The notes beneath the pieces are model-generated. The model saw nothing but the letters and a program-made list of their open reading frames with translations. It ran no database searches and had not been told where the DNA came from. A DNA stretch of 64,000 nt from the human T2T-CHM13v2.0 reference genome, Homo sapiens: NCBI RefSeq assembly GCF_009914755.1, contig NC_060934.1, one strand, 5' to 3'. The translations under genes were made by a program, and so were the position numbers. Below are positions 25,168-39,063 of the stretch, in pieces. Numbering within the stretch: the first letter of the stretch is position 1; each line of letters starts with the position of its first letter.

Positions 25168-26462
25168 TTATTTTGTGGTATGTTTTCATATTTATTGACT
25201 GATTTCTCCAACACTAATCACCACACCTAGAAAAGCTCCCTAGTATGTGGTCAGTGCTCAATAAATATTTGCGGAATGAATGAAATTGAGTTCTAAGCAT
25301 AGGCACAGTGGGGTTTGTTTTTTTTTTAAGTTTTTCTGTGCTCTGTTCTTATTTTCTGTGATCTGCAAACTATCTCTAAATCCTTATGAAAGATTGCGTC
25401 CAACACTGTTTTTTGCAGTGGGAAATTGAGAGGCCCATGTTGCACTCAAACAGAGCAGCAAAGCATTCGTCATCCCTCCCCTCAGGGCTGGGACTAACAG
25501 CAGGGCCTTCCTCAGCAGAGTACAGCTATGCCCAGCTGAGTGACAAATGCTCTAGTCAGAGAACACAGCAGCACAGGAGGCCAGCATGGTGGCCACAGGG
25601 GGAGTTCACGCGTGGCCACTTGTGGACAGGTGCAGGGTGGCAGCCCTGAGGAGGTTCAGAACACCAGGGGCATCTTGAGGTAACAGCATCAGTCATGAAC
25701 CAGGATATAAAAATCCATGCTGCTTATTTAAACAGGATGTGTAATCAGACGGTTGGAGTATCTAGAAAGAAGCCAGTCAGGAAACAATAAAGCAACCCAG
25801 AGGCTTTTAAACACAGGAAGTCGCTACCCTCCTAGGCTAGAGAAACAGAGGTAGCAGTGCTGGAGGCAGAGCCCGGGGTCCCTGGAAGAAGCAGCAGCCA
25901 TGGAGGGCCTGAGGGAGGCAGCCAGGACGACTGGAGGGATGGAAGCTGCTGCTGTGTCCCCTAGAGAAGGGAAGAAAGGCACCTGGACTCCAGCTTCCCT
26001 TTCTGCTCTCAGCAGCGCCTCACAGTGGCCAAGTCCAGCTGGAAGGCAGCAGGCAGAGAGGGCAGCACCCAGGGCAGAAGAGGCCGCTCTCCTGGGCTAC
26101 AGCAGAGCAGGAGAGGGAGGAGGAGGGGCACTGAGCAGACAGGAGTGTCAGTCAATCAGGCTGACCCTGGCCCCGCATCCTCAACGGGATGTTAATGAAA
26201 TACCGCCTTCTTCTGTAGTTCAGGCTGATGGGGCAGGAATGCTGGGTTATGTAAGTGTCGCAGTGTTCACTGAGGGGGATAACACGAAAAACTTATTTGT
26301 TCCTGGGAAAATTTCTTAAATCTCATTAAGGCTTCTTAAGCATTCACAAGATTAAAGCCACCTTTGCCAGAGGTTAGGATTAATAGGTGGGGCTAAATAG
26401 CCTACCTGAAATTCACTTCCAGAAATATTTACTGAGTATCTTTTATGTGCAACTGTTCCTAG

Positions 26463-26773
<311 letters not shown>

Positions 26774-26927
26774 CCTAGTATTTTTTTTTAAATCAGGCAT
26801 GTAAGAATAAGTCCAAGAGTTCCACATTCAATTTTGTGAGGCTATATCTTCACATGTTCCCTTGGGCTGGGACTAAAACAACAGCCTTCCTTGAAACTAG
26901 GACGTGGGAGTGATGGTACTAGGGCAA

Positions 26928-27328
26928 TTGCATCATGATGAAAGAATACCCGAGACTGGGTAATTGATAAAGAAAAGGGGTTCAATTGGCCCATGGTCTG
27001 CAGGCTGGACATGAAGCATGGTGCTGGCATCTGCTTCTGGGGAGGGCCACAGGGAGCTTACAGTGACAGCGGAAGGTAAGGGGGGAGCCCGTGTCTCACA
27101 CCACAGGAGTAGGAGCAAGAGAGAGCAAGGGGGGACAATGCCACACTTTACACAACCGGATCTCCAGAAACTCACAGCGAGAATGAACTCATCACAAGGG
27201 GATGGTGCTGAACCATTCGTGAGTGATCCAGTCCATGATCCAATCACCTCCCACCAGGCCCTGCCTTCAGCACTGGGGATTACATTTCTGCATGGGATTT
27301 GGAGTGCACAAATATCCAAACCATATCA
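26928..27328 (-). mobile_element. MSTA/B MaLR solo LTR
   Basis: AATACCCGAGACTGGGTAATT...ATATCCAAACCATATCA. Confidence 0.85.
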
Positions 27329-27799
27329 GTACTTTTTGCTGAATTTTGAGCCTCTGGTCCCAGGGGTAAACACCTTCCCAAACTGTGACCAAGAAGACGA
27401 AGGAAGGGTTTCCTATCTCTCTGGGGCATGGATTACACCAGGGAAAAACATCAGGTGTTTGAATGCCAATGGCTCTGCCATTTGTAGATTGTAACACATG
27501 ATCAGAAGAATGCAACAGATTGAATATCCAGCTTTGCTAAGGTTGCAGAGTTTGGTCTGAGCTAGGAGTCCACATTCTTCACCAAGGTCTTCCTCAGAAT
27601 CTATGTCATGGGACCTGTGCTTGCTGAAGGGAGATAAGCCACAGCTGAAGGCACTCCAACTTCAGAGAACACAGCTCCCTTTAATACGGAAAAGCTTGCT
27701 GCTATCAGCACCCCAAGTTTTCTCCTCTCCCAGCCTTGGGTTCTCTACATGCATGCACTGCAGGAAAAGAGGAGGTACTCAGCATTCAAAAGAGCAGTA

Positions 27800-28100
27800 A
27801 GGAATAATGGCCATTATGAAGAATAGTTGGAGGTTCCTCAAAAAGCTAAAAATAAAACTACCACTTGATCCAGCAATCCCACTACTGGGTATGTATCCAG
27901 AGAAAATGAAATCAGTATGTCAGAGAGATATCTGCACTCCACAGCAGCCAAGATATGGAACCAACCTGAGTGTTGATGAACAGATGAATGCATAAAGAAA
28001 ATGTGTTATATATACACCATGGAATATTATATTGCTTCTTTTTCAACCAATTTGTTATTGGTGTATGGAAATGCAACTGAGTTTTGTATGTTGAGTTGGC
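27800..28100. mobile_element. L1M fragments, plus then minus orientation
   Basis: TGATCCAGCAATCCCACTACTGGGTAT on plus; TTGGTGTATGGAAATGCAACTGAGTTTTGTATGTTGA on minus. Confidence 0.65.
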
Positions 28101-29005
28101 ATTCAGCACCTAATTCCCCAGCTTCCTTCTCCTGTTGCAGAGCCTCAGGTTGGCATACCAAAATAACATATCACCCTGAGTCCCGGAATGTCCACCTAGA
28201 GCAAAGCCCTGGACACTATGAATGACAGACAGAAGTTCATTTTGTTAAGCTGATGAGATTTGGAAGTTGTTACTTCAGTGTAATTTAATCTATCCAAATA
28301 CTCCAATCTTGAGTCAGTTGCCTGCAACCATGTTTGGTTTCAAACACTGTATTAGCTGGAGCTCAGTGCCAGAACCAAGAACTGTTCTATGCCTTTTAAG
28401 CAGAAATGAGATAAATAATTTTGGTTGCTTAGAAAACACTGGTAAGGCCTGGAGATGGAAGCTTAACATGACCTCTAAGAACTGCTCCAAGAACAGTGTG
28501 TACCTGACCCCGCACATGAGTGTCTGCACCTGCCCCATCAGGAAAGCTACCTCGGAAATCCTTGCACTCAAGAACATACCTCCATCCATAGCTACGATGG
28601 CCAGAATCGGGAAGCCACAGCCACACAGTGCCCTGGACACAGGAGCCCAGGAACCACTGCACAGCGGGTGGTGCAGTGAGTGTAGCCACCCCACATCTGC
28701 CTGTAGTCACCTTGGAAGCCAGAGGCTGTGCCTGCCACCTCTAACTTTCACTGCCAGCAGAAAACACCAAATGCCCTAGGATTTGGCTGCTGCTTCTTTC
28801 TGCCTTCCAACACTTGTGTGGGTGCTTCAAAATGGCAGAACCCAATGAGCATATAGAAGTCGTATTTGCAAGGTCTTTCCACATTGTCTTAACCTCTTTG
28901 TGCTTGGCCAGTTTTGCCAATGTGCATTTATTTGTTTATTCAGTTTGATATATCCTAATCTTGTGATTCCAGAGAGTGGAATTCATTTGGCTTTCTGTAA
29001 GTTAT

Positions 29006-29165
29006 GCTGCATTTCATTAATTGCACATTTTTTCACGTAAAATGAAATCAGGATGCAACTTAAAGTTGATAGCATGACATAAGTTAGTTGGCAGAGTTTT
29101 TTCTTTCTTAGGTAGTATATAAAATAATAATGCATCTTACAACTGTCAGCATCTTATATTTGAAG
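29006..29165 (+). mobile_element. MER104-like (TcMar-Tc2) MITE
   Basis: GCACATTTTTTCAC...TTTTTTCTTTCTTAG...AAAATAATAATGCATCTTACAA...GCATCTTA. Confidence 0.6.
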
Positions 29166-29179
29166 AACCCACATACCCA

Positions 29180-29305
29180 AGAGGGAATGTGGGCCTGCCA
29201 ACACCTCAATTTCAGACTTCAGAACTGTGAGAGAATAAGTTTCCATAGTTTTAAGCCACCCAGTTTTGGTCAATGTGTTATAGCAGTTCTAGGAAACTGA
29301 TGTAA
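29180..29305 (+). mobile_element. MLT1B/C LTR 3' fragment
   Basis: CAGAACTGTGAGAGAATAA...TTTTAAGCCACCCAGTTT...TTATAGCAGTTCTAGGAAACT. Confidence 0.7.
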
Positions 29306-30138
29306 GTGTGCATGAGGCAGGCAGGAAAGATGATGCCAGAGAGAGATTACTGTGAACAAAGCAACAGGATGTGAAATAACTGGTGTTTTCGAAACAATGA
29401 GACAAATTTAGGGTGGCCGGCATGAGGCAACCAAGAGTGGAATGGGTGTGGACAGAGGCTCCATCATGAGGACAGCCTGTGCCTTTCAAGGGATAGCAAA
29501 GCAGGCCTGACCCCAGCTGCTTTCACTGGGAGGGCGGGAGGCCTCAGAGGGCAACCCAAATGTTCCACCAGGTTCAAAGCCAAGCCACAGGGAGGCATCA
29601 GCCTGACAAAGAAAGGAAGGGGGAAGTAATCGGGAAGAAGCAGAAGACTGTTCCTACCAAAAGCAATACTAACAGGACAACAGGTTCATCATTGTTGGGA
29701 AATTGACCAGGAAAAAGTCACCAATGATGGGCAATGGGGCATAGTTGAAGACACAGGGGCTAAAGATTCCAGGGCTCTTCACTCAAGCTTATCTTTCTTT
29801 CTTTTCAATATTTGTGGGAGACAGACCACACCACAAAGAGACATGAATATCACAGGCATTTTAGTCTGCAGATTTAATATTTGTAGATGAAGCCATCTTT
29901 CACAACCTCGACAGGTATACCGGGCCATCGTTCTGCCAGGTCAGTCCCGCAACCACAAGGAAGAGGACCAGGAAAGAGGTTAGGGGAAGGAGGCACCCCA
30001 GCCATGCAAAGGCAGAAGATATTCTTAGACCATGGGTCCCAGGAGCTGCACAGTGAAGGGGTGACCACCAGCTGGGTTAGTAATCTGCTGTAGAAATTTG
30101 TCAGCTTCTTTCTTGAGGTTTATAGATTTCTCTCCTTA

Positions 30139-30308
30139 ACATACACACATGCATGTATGCACATACATGCATACATATACACCCATACACACACATACAC
30201 ATACATATATGCACATATACACATACACTCAAACACATATACATACATGCAGACACATATACACATATACACATGCATGCATATACACACACGTACACAT
30301 ACACACAC
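30139..30308. repeat. (CA/TA)n alternating purine-pyrimidine tract
   Basis: About 170 bp of ACAT/ACAC units. Confidence 0.9.
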
Positions 30309-31156
<848 letters not shown>

Positions 31157-31483
31157 CACCCTAGAGTGGCATCCACCTGCCTGCGAATGCCTACCCTCTT
31201 CTGTTCCCTACAGTTCTGCAGCGTTCACAGACCACTGCTCAGAGACCACAGGCAGCACCACTGCCCAGGCACAAAACATGTCTGCTCAGTTATGGGAACT
31301 CCTTCACAAACTCATCAATCAGATGGCGATCAGTCCCTTCGCTGCACCCTTGACAAGCCAACAGTTTGTTCCTTCAAAGAGATTAAAGCAAAACAATGGG
31401 TTTATTACTTATCTGTAAGTATTTCAGCTCTCCTTGCCAAAGAGTGTTTAGAAACTAGCTTTTGTTGTTATTTCCTTCAGAAT

Positions 31484-31654
31484 TTTTTTTAATTTTCTTT
31501 TTCTGTTTTATTTATACTTTTTACAAATCAAGAGCTGACTTTCAATAGATCACAGCGAGGGAGCTGCTCTGCCCTGTATAAAGCCCTGACCCAGAAGTAG
31601 GTTGTCTACAAATGATTTAGGTTCACCATGAACATGCACTGTGTGACAGGCCAG
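31484..31654 (-). pseudogene. Retrocopy of the 28S rRNA 3' terminus with degenerate poly-A tail
   Basis: GCTGACTTTCAATAGATCaCAGCGAGGGAGCTGCTCTG...GACCCAGAAGtAGGTtGTCTAC is the reverse complement of the last ~130 nt of 28S rRNA. A T-rich tract at 31484-31522 lies on its 3' side. Confidence 0.88.
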
Positions 31655-32029
31655 ATTTTCGATTATTGTTAGAGAATTCTTAAACATCTGTGTCACTATC
31701 TCATGTTTATTTACAGAACTTTCTTTCGTATCTTCACCAGAATCTCCCTGAGAAGAAAGCAAGCCTCTCACTCAAGTTCTCGAGATAGATAATTTCTCTC
31801 TTCCTCAGTTAGAACTATAACAAACCGGCTCTCTTGGGCTGTTTTTGGAAAACAATTTCCCCAGGGAGTCCAAATAGACTCTCCCTCTATTGTTCTGGCC
31901 ATTTAATGTTTTTAACAGGGTCCCCCTTCTCTGCTAACATGAGTGATCAAGGCAAGAATAGCTTGGAAAGTGTTTAAGTTTGGGGTAACACTCCACCTGA
32001 CTAACAGTTGTTTTCTTGTTACTGTTGGG

Positions 32030-32666
<637 letters not shown>

Positions 32667-34399
32667 ATGAATAATAGCTGTATCTCTTCAGGGTTCACAG
32701 AGTCATTAACTTTTGCATTTTGTGGGAATTTAACAAGTCCTGACAGGCATAGCAGTATGCAGGATTGTAAATTATCTGAAACAATCATAAGGTTTTGTAG
32801 ATTACAGAAAATCTGACGATGTTAACCTATCATGATCTATAAAATACGCTAGCTTTTGATCACCCCGGAAGATATTTTATTTTATTCCTCATTCTATTGC
32901 TGTGCCAGTGGGTCAAAGTCTCCTTCATCCTTTGCTCCTGTCAGTCTGTGTGTGTCTTCTCCCTGCATTTTGGTAATGTTTTCTCTTCACCATTATCTTG
33001 ATAGATGCCCACCTCCTCATCCTATTGCCAGTAAGTTAAATACAATCTTCTTTGCATCCATCCCACATCCAGGGCAACTGCACGAAAACAGGCAGTGAGG
33101 GAAGCAAATATGGCAAATATCAAAGCCATAACTCCTACTTACCTTGTCAATTGCTCTGAGTAACAGCGGTGTACTCCTCAGAGAAATCCTGCTCATCACT
33201 GGAAAGTGTCCTAACAAACCCTATTGGTTCAGAGCATTGTGTACCTACACCTGAGTCACTGAGAACAGGACGCTTTCTTACCAAATAAACCTATAAAGTT
33301 CAATTACACTCTTTCTGGTGCTACCAAATCCGTTCACCTGAATTGTAATGGGTTCTGAGTATCATAGACAATTTCACTTAAGTTGAATGCACATTTATAG
33401 AACATTTTAAAGTGTACAAAGCACTCTCAAAAACATGAACTCATTCATTGAAAGCATGCTTTCTAGAATCCAAATCATAGCTCTTTTCTTTTAAAATCCC
33501 TGGTGTTGTCTCTACATGAGATTGCTTTTCTTATAGAAAGTTTTAGAGCAAGACAGCTAGTAAGCCTTGATGTCTGCTGCACTTGACCTTGCAGAAATCA
33601 ATATTATTTTATAATATTGTCACAATTATGACCACAAATTCATCTCTATACAGAAGACCCTGAATATATGCCAAAGAAAAAATTTAATCCATAATTCAGA
33701 TTGTTCTTATAGCTAGGACTTTGAAATTCTTCAGGTGGTAATAATTCCAGTAGAAATCCAAGATGTTACATCTTATGCATATAATGCCTAATCAGATCCA
33801 GTAAAGGCTACATCCTTTTGAGAACATGTTGGGCCAACAGAAACTTCAAAACTGAAATCCAGAAACTCAACTAAATTTGTCTTTAGTGTTTCAAAAGCTC
33901 ATGGGCAGCTGTCATTTTATATTTGTGTGGTATTTGATGTCTTTCTTTCTCCTTTGATTTTTCTGGAATATAACAAATTTAGTAACCTAGCAATGACCAC
34001 TTTCTATAAGCCATCTCTACCATCCAAACAAAATTGGGATATCTTTACTTCCTGGCCAATTCCAGATATTGGCTACATTCTAATAGAATTTACCCTCATT
34101 TCCTTCAATACCCTCATCATTTAAAGGAAATTCTCTAAAATGTGTCGGTTCAAACGTCTCATAGATCCTTCAGTTTTCTTGCCAAATCACGTATGACAGT
34201 TTACTGACCCCTGATTTGGTGAAAGGGTTTGTAGTCTTTTGGGTACTCTTGCTCCCATTAGTCATTTTCAGGAGTTGGTCTGGAAATGTCTGCTGTCCCT
34301 TCAGAGACAGAGCAATATTATCTGTGAGTTTAAAAGCCAAACTGTCTCTATAATAAACATGTCACATATTAATCAAGGAGCTTCCCAGTTTTTACTTTT

Positions 34400-34755
34400 T
34401 CATTTATTTTTTAGAGATGGGGTCTCACTGTGTTACCCAGGCTAGACTCAAACTCTAGGGCTTAAGTCATCCTTCTACCTCAGCCTCCCATATGGCTGGG
34501 ACTATAGGGGTATACCACCATGCCTAGCTGCCCTATTTTTTTTTTTTTTTAGATGGAGTCTCGTTCTGTTGCCTAGGCTGGAATGCAGTGGTGCAATCTC
34601 GGCTCACTGAAACCTCTGCCTCCCGGGTTCAAGCGATTCTCCTGCCTCAGCCTTCTGAGTAGCTGGGAGCCCTGAGCCCTTGAGGTCAAGGCTGCAGTGA
34701 GCTGAGATCATGCTACTGCACTCTAGCCTGGGAAACAGAGCAAGACCCTGTCTCA
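34400..34755. mobile_element. Alu cluster: FLAM (-, 34400-34528), AluS right arm (-, 34536-34668), AluJ 3' part (+, 34671-34755)
   Basis: Orientation switches at ~34669. Confidence 0.85.
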
Positions 34756-35315
34756 CACACACACATGTGCACACACACAAAAATTAAAAGTATTGTCCAA
34801 TGTTGATGTTAATTTTCTAGAACTGTAGTGTGCAGAATTCACTTTATTAAATTGATATTTCAACAAACAATGAATGTACATTTGTCCACCAGTCTTATTC
34901 TACTCATGATTCTTTAAGGATCATTGACTGTGGTTCAGCAACTTCTCCCCAGCTTAGGACCTGCAACAACTTCTATTCATTTCAGTCAACATTGAGTGGA
35001 TTTCTAAACTGAACCAAAGGATAAGTACCTTTTTTGAACTTGAAGTCTGCTTTAAAATCATGTTATCTAGTTTATCTTCCAATTTCATTTCCCCTGCCCT
35101 TTTTAAAACCAAAGTATTATCTTTGATGGAGAAGATGAAAGGAAAACAGATGGGAGATTCGACTTTTATTTATCACCATTTACTTTACATGAAATTTTAA
35201 ATCTCCATTTTCTCTCAACTGCACTGGTTTTTATGAAATATGTTAAAGCCATTTTTGTCTTCAAGTATGAAAGCATGAGCTCATTTAGCTTCCCTAGCAA
35301 TGTGCATTTGGCCAT

Positions 35316-35663
35316 TGCTATGTCTTGAATGTCTGTGTCCCTCCAAAATTCATATGTTGAATCCTACCCTCAAGGTGATAGTACTAAGAAGTGGAGTTTT
35401 GGAGTTGATGAGGTCATGAGGATGCGGCCCTCATGAATGGGATTAGTGCCCTTAGAAAAGAGGCCTGAGGGAGCTTGTTTGCCCCTTCTGCCATGTGACA
35501 ACACAGCGAGAACCAGGAAACAGACCCTCACCTGACACCAAACCTGCCTGAGCCTTGATCTTGGACTTCCCAGCCTCCAGAATGTTGAGAAATAAATTTC
35601 TGCTGTTTATAAGTCACCCTCTGCATGGCATTTTTGTTACAGAAGCCTAAACAGACTAAGACA
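35316..35663 (+). mobile_element. MLT1A0 solo LTR
   Basis: TG...CA ends; 5-bp TSD GCCAT/GCCAC. Confidence 0.88.
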
Positions 35664-36114
35664 GCCACGATCACTGTAATTTTTTTTTAAATCTCTTCCT
35701 TCACATTTGCACAATTCAAGAGCACGTGCTGACTGGGAGACCCTTCCCTTCCTTAGAGAACAGCGAGCTGCTTTTTCTGATTATGGAAGGGCTTATTTAC
35801 CTGCCGTAGGATTTGCAATCAAGAACATTACCTTCCCCAGGGGCAATTCTAACTCCCCCACGACACTACTTTTAGATCAAAATAGACCCTCTCTCTTTTC
35901 ACCTATTATTCACTTTCCTCTGATTAAAACAAAAAAGTAAAGGAGAACCAGTACAAGCCCACATACATGCACACACAGGCGAGCACACATACCACAAAAA
36001 CACACTTATGCACCCATGCATACACACATGAACACGTACAGGCACACACACATAGGCATACAGACACTTTTAACCTCTCCCTGTACTATATCTGTGTTAC
36101 ATTATCCCCACCAG

Positions 36115-36632
36115 TTTTTTTTTTCAAGTTTTAATGAAAGCTTGTATACAAGATTACTTTATTCCTGCATGTTCTCAATTGTTTCCTCCTTGTATTTGCC
36201 CTTTTCCTTTCCTACTTGGTGAGATTTGGCTTTCCATGCAAGGATCTTTTTGTGCTCTTTGCCCAGTTTTAGTCTACTGATAATCCCCTTGCTGGGGCGA
36301 AAGTCTACACGGACAGTTGTGTCATCAGCCTTTTCCCGCTGCACCCATTCAATGTAGATGACATATTTCTCTCTGTAAATCTGGACTACTTTGCCAATTT
36401 GCTGACCTTTATGGTGCCCTCACACAACCTGAATATCATCATCCTTTCAGATGGGCATGGATCAAACGTTGTACTTCTGTCTCAGCTCTTTGGAAAGAGG
36501 GGAAGACATAACTGTCCTGTGAATGTGGGAAGGCGCATTAAAATGCCTTTTGCAGTTACTACTTCGGTCAGAAGTCACAAAGGGATTGAACTTCATTTTG
36601 GCCACTCCCACTTCAGTGATGGCCACAAAGGG
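36115..36632 (-). pseudogene. RPL26P28: RPL26 processed pseudogene (full 145-codon frame 36596-36159, 5'UTR, 3'UTR, poly-A)
   Basis: [27 protein letters not shown]...[14 protein letters not shown] matches ribosomal protein L26. It is intronless, has three TGA stops, ATTAAA plus an A10 tail, and a TSD CCCCAC(CA/TG)GTT. The P28 number is from recall only. Confidence 0.9.
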
Positions 36633-37943
36633 CCCCACTGGTTATTAATGTCTTTTTTCAACTCAAACATTTAAACTATATAACCTGGCATATTGTAGAA
36701 GAGAACTGTGCAGCATTAAATATTAGCATCTCACACTCGCATGAACAGAAATATTCAGATTGCAAAAATATACCAATTTATGAAGATTAATATTAACTCA
36801 CTAATTTTTCAAAGACTCGCAATTATTTGATCAATTTCAGGAGAAACTATTCTATTTTTGCACTATGTTCATGCAAATTGCCTAAGACTCATCAGTTTCT
36901 GTTATTTTCAAATATAGAGTCACTGACTGATTCTATTAATATTCTGCCTCAGTATTTAAAAAAAATTCTCCTATAAATTGGAAAAGTTAACAGAAGTGAT
37001 TAGATTTGTCTTAGAGTGTCTCTTATTTTGTGAACCTTCATGTGAATCTTCAGTATCTCTTATTTTGTGAATCTTCATCATAATCTGAAGTATTCCCATT
37101 ACTTTTAGGAAAAGAACCAAATGCTTAACCTGATCCTCATAAGATCGCATAATGTATATATCTCCGTATGCTCACTTTGTATTTTATCATCAATATTTGC
37201 TGCAACAAAGCAAAACCAACTTCCAAGATAAGGTCCAGCATATGTGGACTTCCCAGCAAATTTTAGTTAATGCTGCCGTCTAACGCCTGGCTCTGATATT
37301 ACATCAGCTCAGGGTTTTAACCAAAAACAGACACAAATGAGGTCACCTAAGGAGACTTTAGCAACCATTTCCAAGTTCCCTTTGACTAGCTCATTCCACA
37401 GACGAGCAAACTGAAGCCCAAAAACTCAGGTCTTTCTCCCAAGATCACACAGCGAATGACCGTCAGAGAGAGTTAGAACACAGAATTGCCGTCTTCCCCC
37501 AGACAGGGCATGTGAGGTGTGACCACAGGGCTCTAGGGGTGGTGCCTCACCTGTTAGGCTTTCTGAAATTCACAAACTGCAAAGCATGGCACTGCCCCTA
37601 GGAATCTGTTACAGAAAACAAGGATTCTGACAGCTCAATTAAGAAGCAACCGGAATTCATGCAGCCGGGGTCCTTGTGAGAGACAATTTGCATATTATAC
37701 CAGAAAAGATGGAGAGGTAGCAGAGACCAGGTGCTGCTCGCTTTTGTGTACTGAACTCAGGATTTCTAACTTAATCCTGACGATGACCAGCTATAGAAGG
37801 CTTCTAAGCAAATTGAAGAAGGTCACTCCGGCTCAAGGGTATAGGGCGGGTCTGGAGACAGGAAGACCAGCAAAGTTTTATTTTGGTAGTCCAGGGTACC
37901 GACGATGAGGACTGCAGGACCTCTACTCTTCTAGTTCACAGAG

Positions 37944-38296
37944 TGTATTAGTCCGTTTTCACGCTGCTGATAAAACAAACATACCAGAGACTGGGCAACT
38001 GACAAAAGAAAGAGGTTTAATTGGACTTACAGTTTCACCAGGCTGGGGAGGCCTCACAATCATGGCTGAAGGCAAGGACGAGCAAGTCACATCTGTGGAT
38101 GGCGGCAAAGAGAAAGAGCTTCTGCAGGGAAACTCCCGCTTATAATACCATAAGATCTCATGAGACTTATTCACTATCAGGAGAACAGCACAGGAAAGAC
38201 CCACCCCCATGATTCAATTACCTCCCACCAGGTCCCTCCCACAAGACGTGGGAATTCAAGATGAGATTTGGGTGGGGACACAGCCAAACCATATCA
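37944..38296 (-). mobile_element. THE1A/B solo LTR
   Basis: TGTATTAGTCCGTTTTCACGCTGCTGATAAA...CAGCCAAACCATATCA; TSD CAGAG/GAGAG. Confidence 0.92.
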
Positions 38297-38416
38297 GAGA
38301 GCTAATGGGAAGATGGTATTATCAGGCTGTCTAGAGGACACAGGAGAAGGAGAAAGGGTTGTGAGTCCAGAGGAACAATCACTGTAACTGTGGAGCTCGA
38401 AGGTCGTTTACACAAA

Positions 38417-39063
38417 TGTGAACCTGACAGAGCCAATCCTTCAAGATGGATCCCAAGCAGCTAACCAGGCGCAAATTTTAAATACAGCCAAGTAGCCATT
38501 TGTTGACTGGAGGTCACACAAGCACCGTCAGTTCCCCAAAACCCACACTTCTATTTAACTTTGGAACTTTCAGAGCTCACTTGAACAAACCAATCAGAGC
38601 TTACCTGAATCAATCAGAGTTCACCTAAACCAACAAAGGAGAGCTCATCGGAACCAACCAATCAGGGTTCAGCTGTATCAACCAATCAGTGTTCAGCTGT
38701 GTTGACCAATCAGTTTGAAGTTTTCATTTGCATACTTGAACCTGATTGGGCAGAAACTTTTGCTATAAAACCTAGCCCCAGCTGCTTGGGAAGCTGAGGC
38801 AGGAGAATCACTTCAACCCAGGAGGTGGAGGTTGTAGTGAGATGAGATCGCGCCACTGCACTCTAGCTTGGGTGACAGCAAGACTCCATCCCTCAAATAA
38901 AAAATAAAAATAAAATAAAATTTAAGAAAACACCAAACCCTCCCTTTGTTCCCTGGAACACATCTTTGTTTACACCGGAGGCTGCATCTCCCTCGTTTGT
39001 CAGCTGTTTGCTGGAATAAAGTCTCTTTCCTCCAATTTCCTTCCCAGAGAACTTTTCCTTACA
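38417..39063 (+). mobile_element. ERV solo LTR (LTR47-like) with an Alu right-arm insertion (~38777-38925)
   Basis: CCAAT array, octamer, TATAAAA at 38764, AATAAA at ~39015, ends in CA. The family name is tentative. Confidence 0.7.

Noticed and set aside
28267-28779. 170-aa ORF (and 27018-27494, 25900-26319)
   Set aside because: No recognisable domain; these overlap LTR-derived or LTR-like sequence.
33143-33210. Possible 68-nt minus-strand exon with AAG/GTAAGT donor
   Set aside because: Weak acceptor, no homology and no partner exons; cannot be supported without transcript data.
36159-36344. Short RPL26 C-terminal ORF as a coding gene
   Set aside because: Non-ATG start downstream of three stops in a processed pseudogene.
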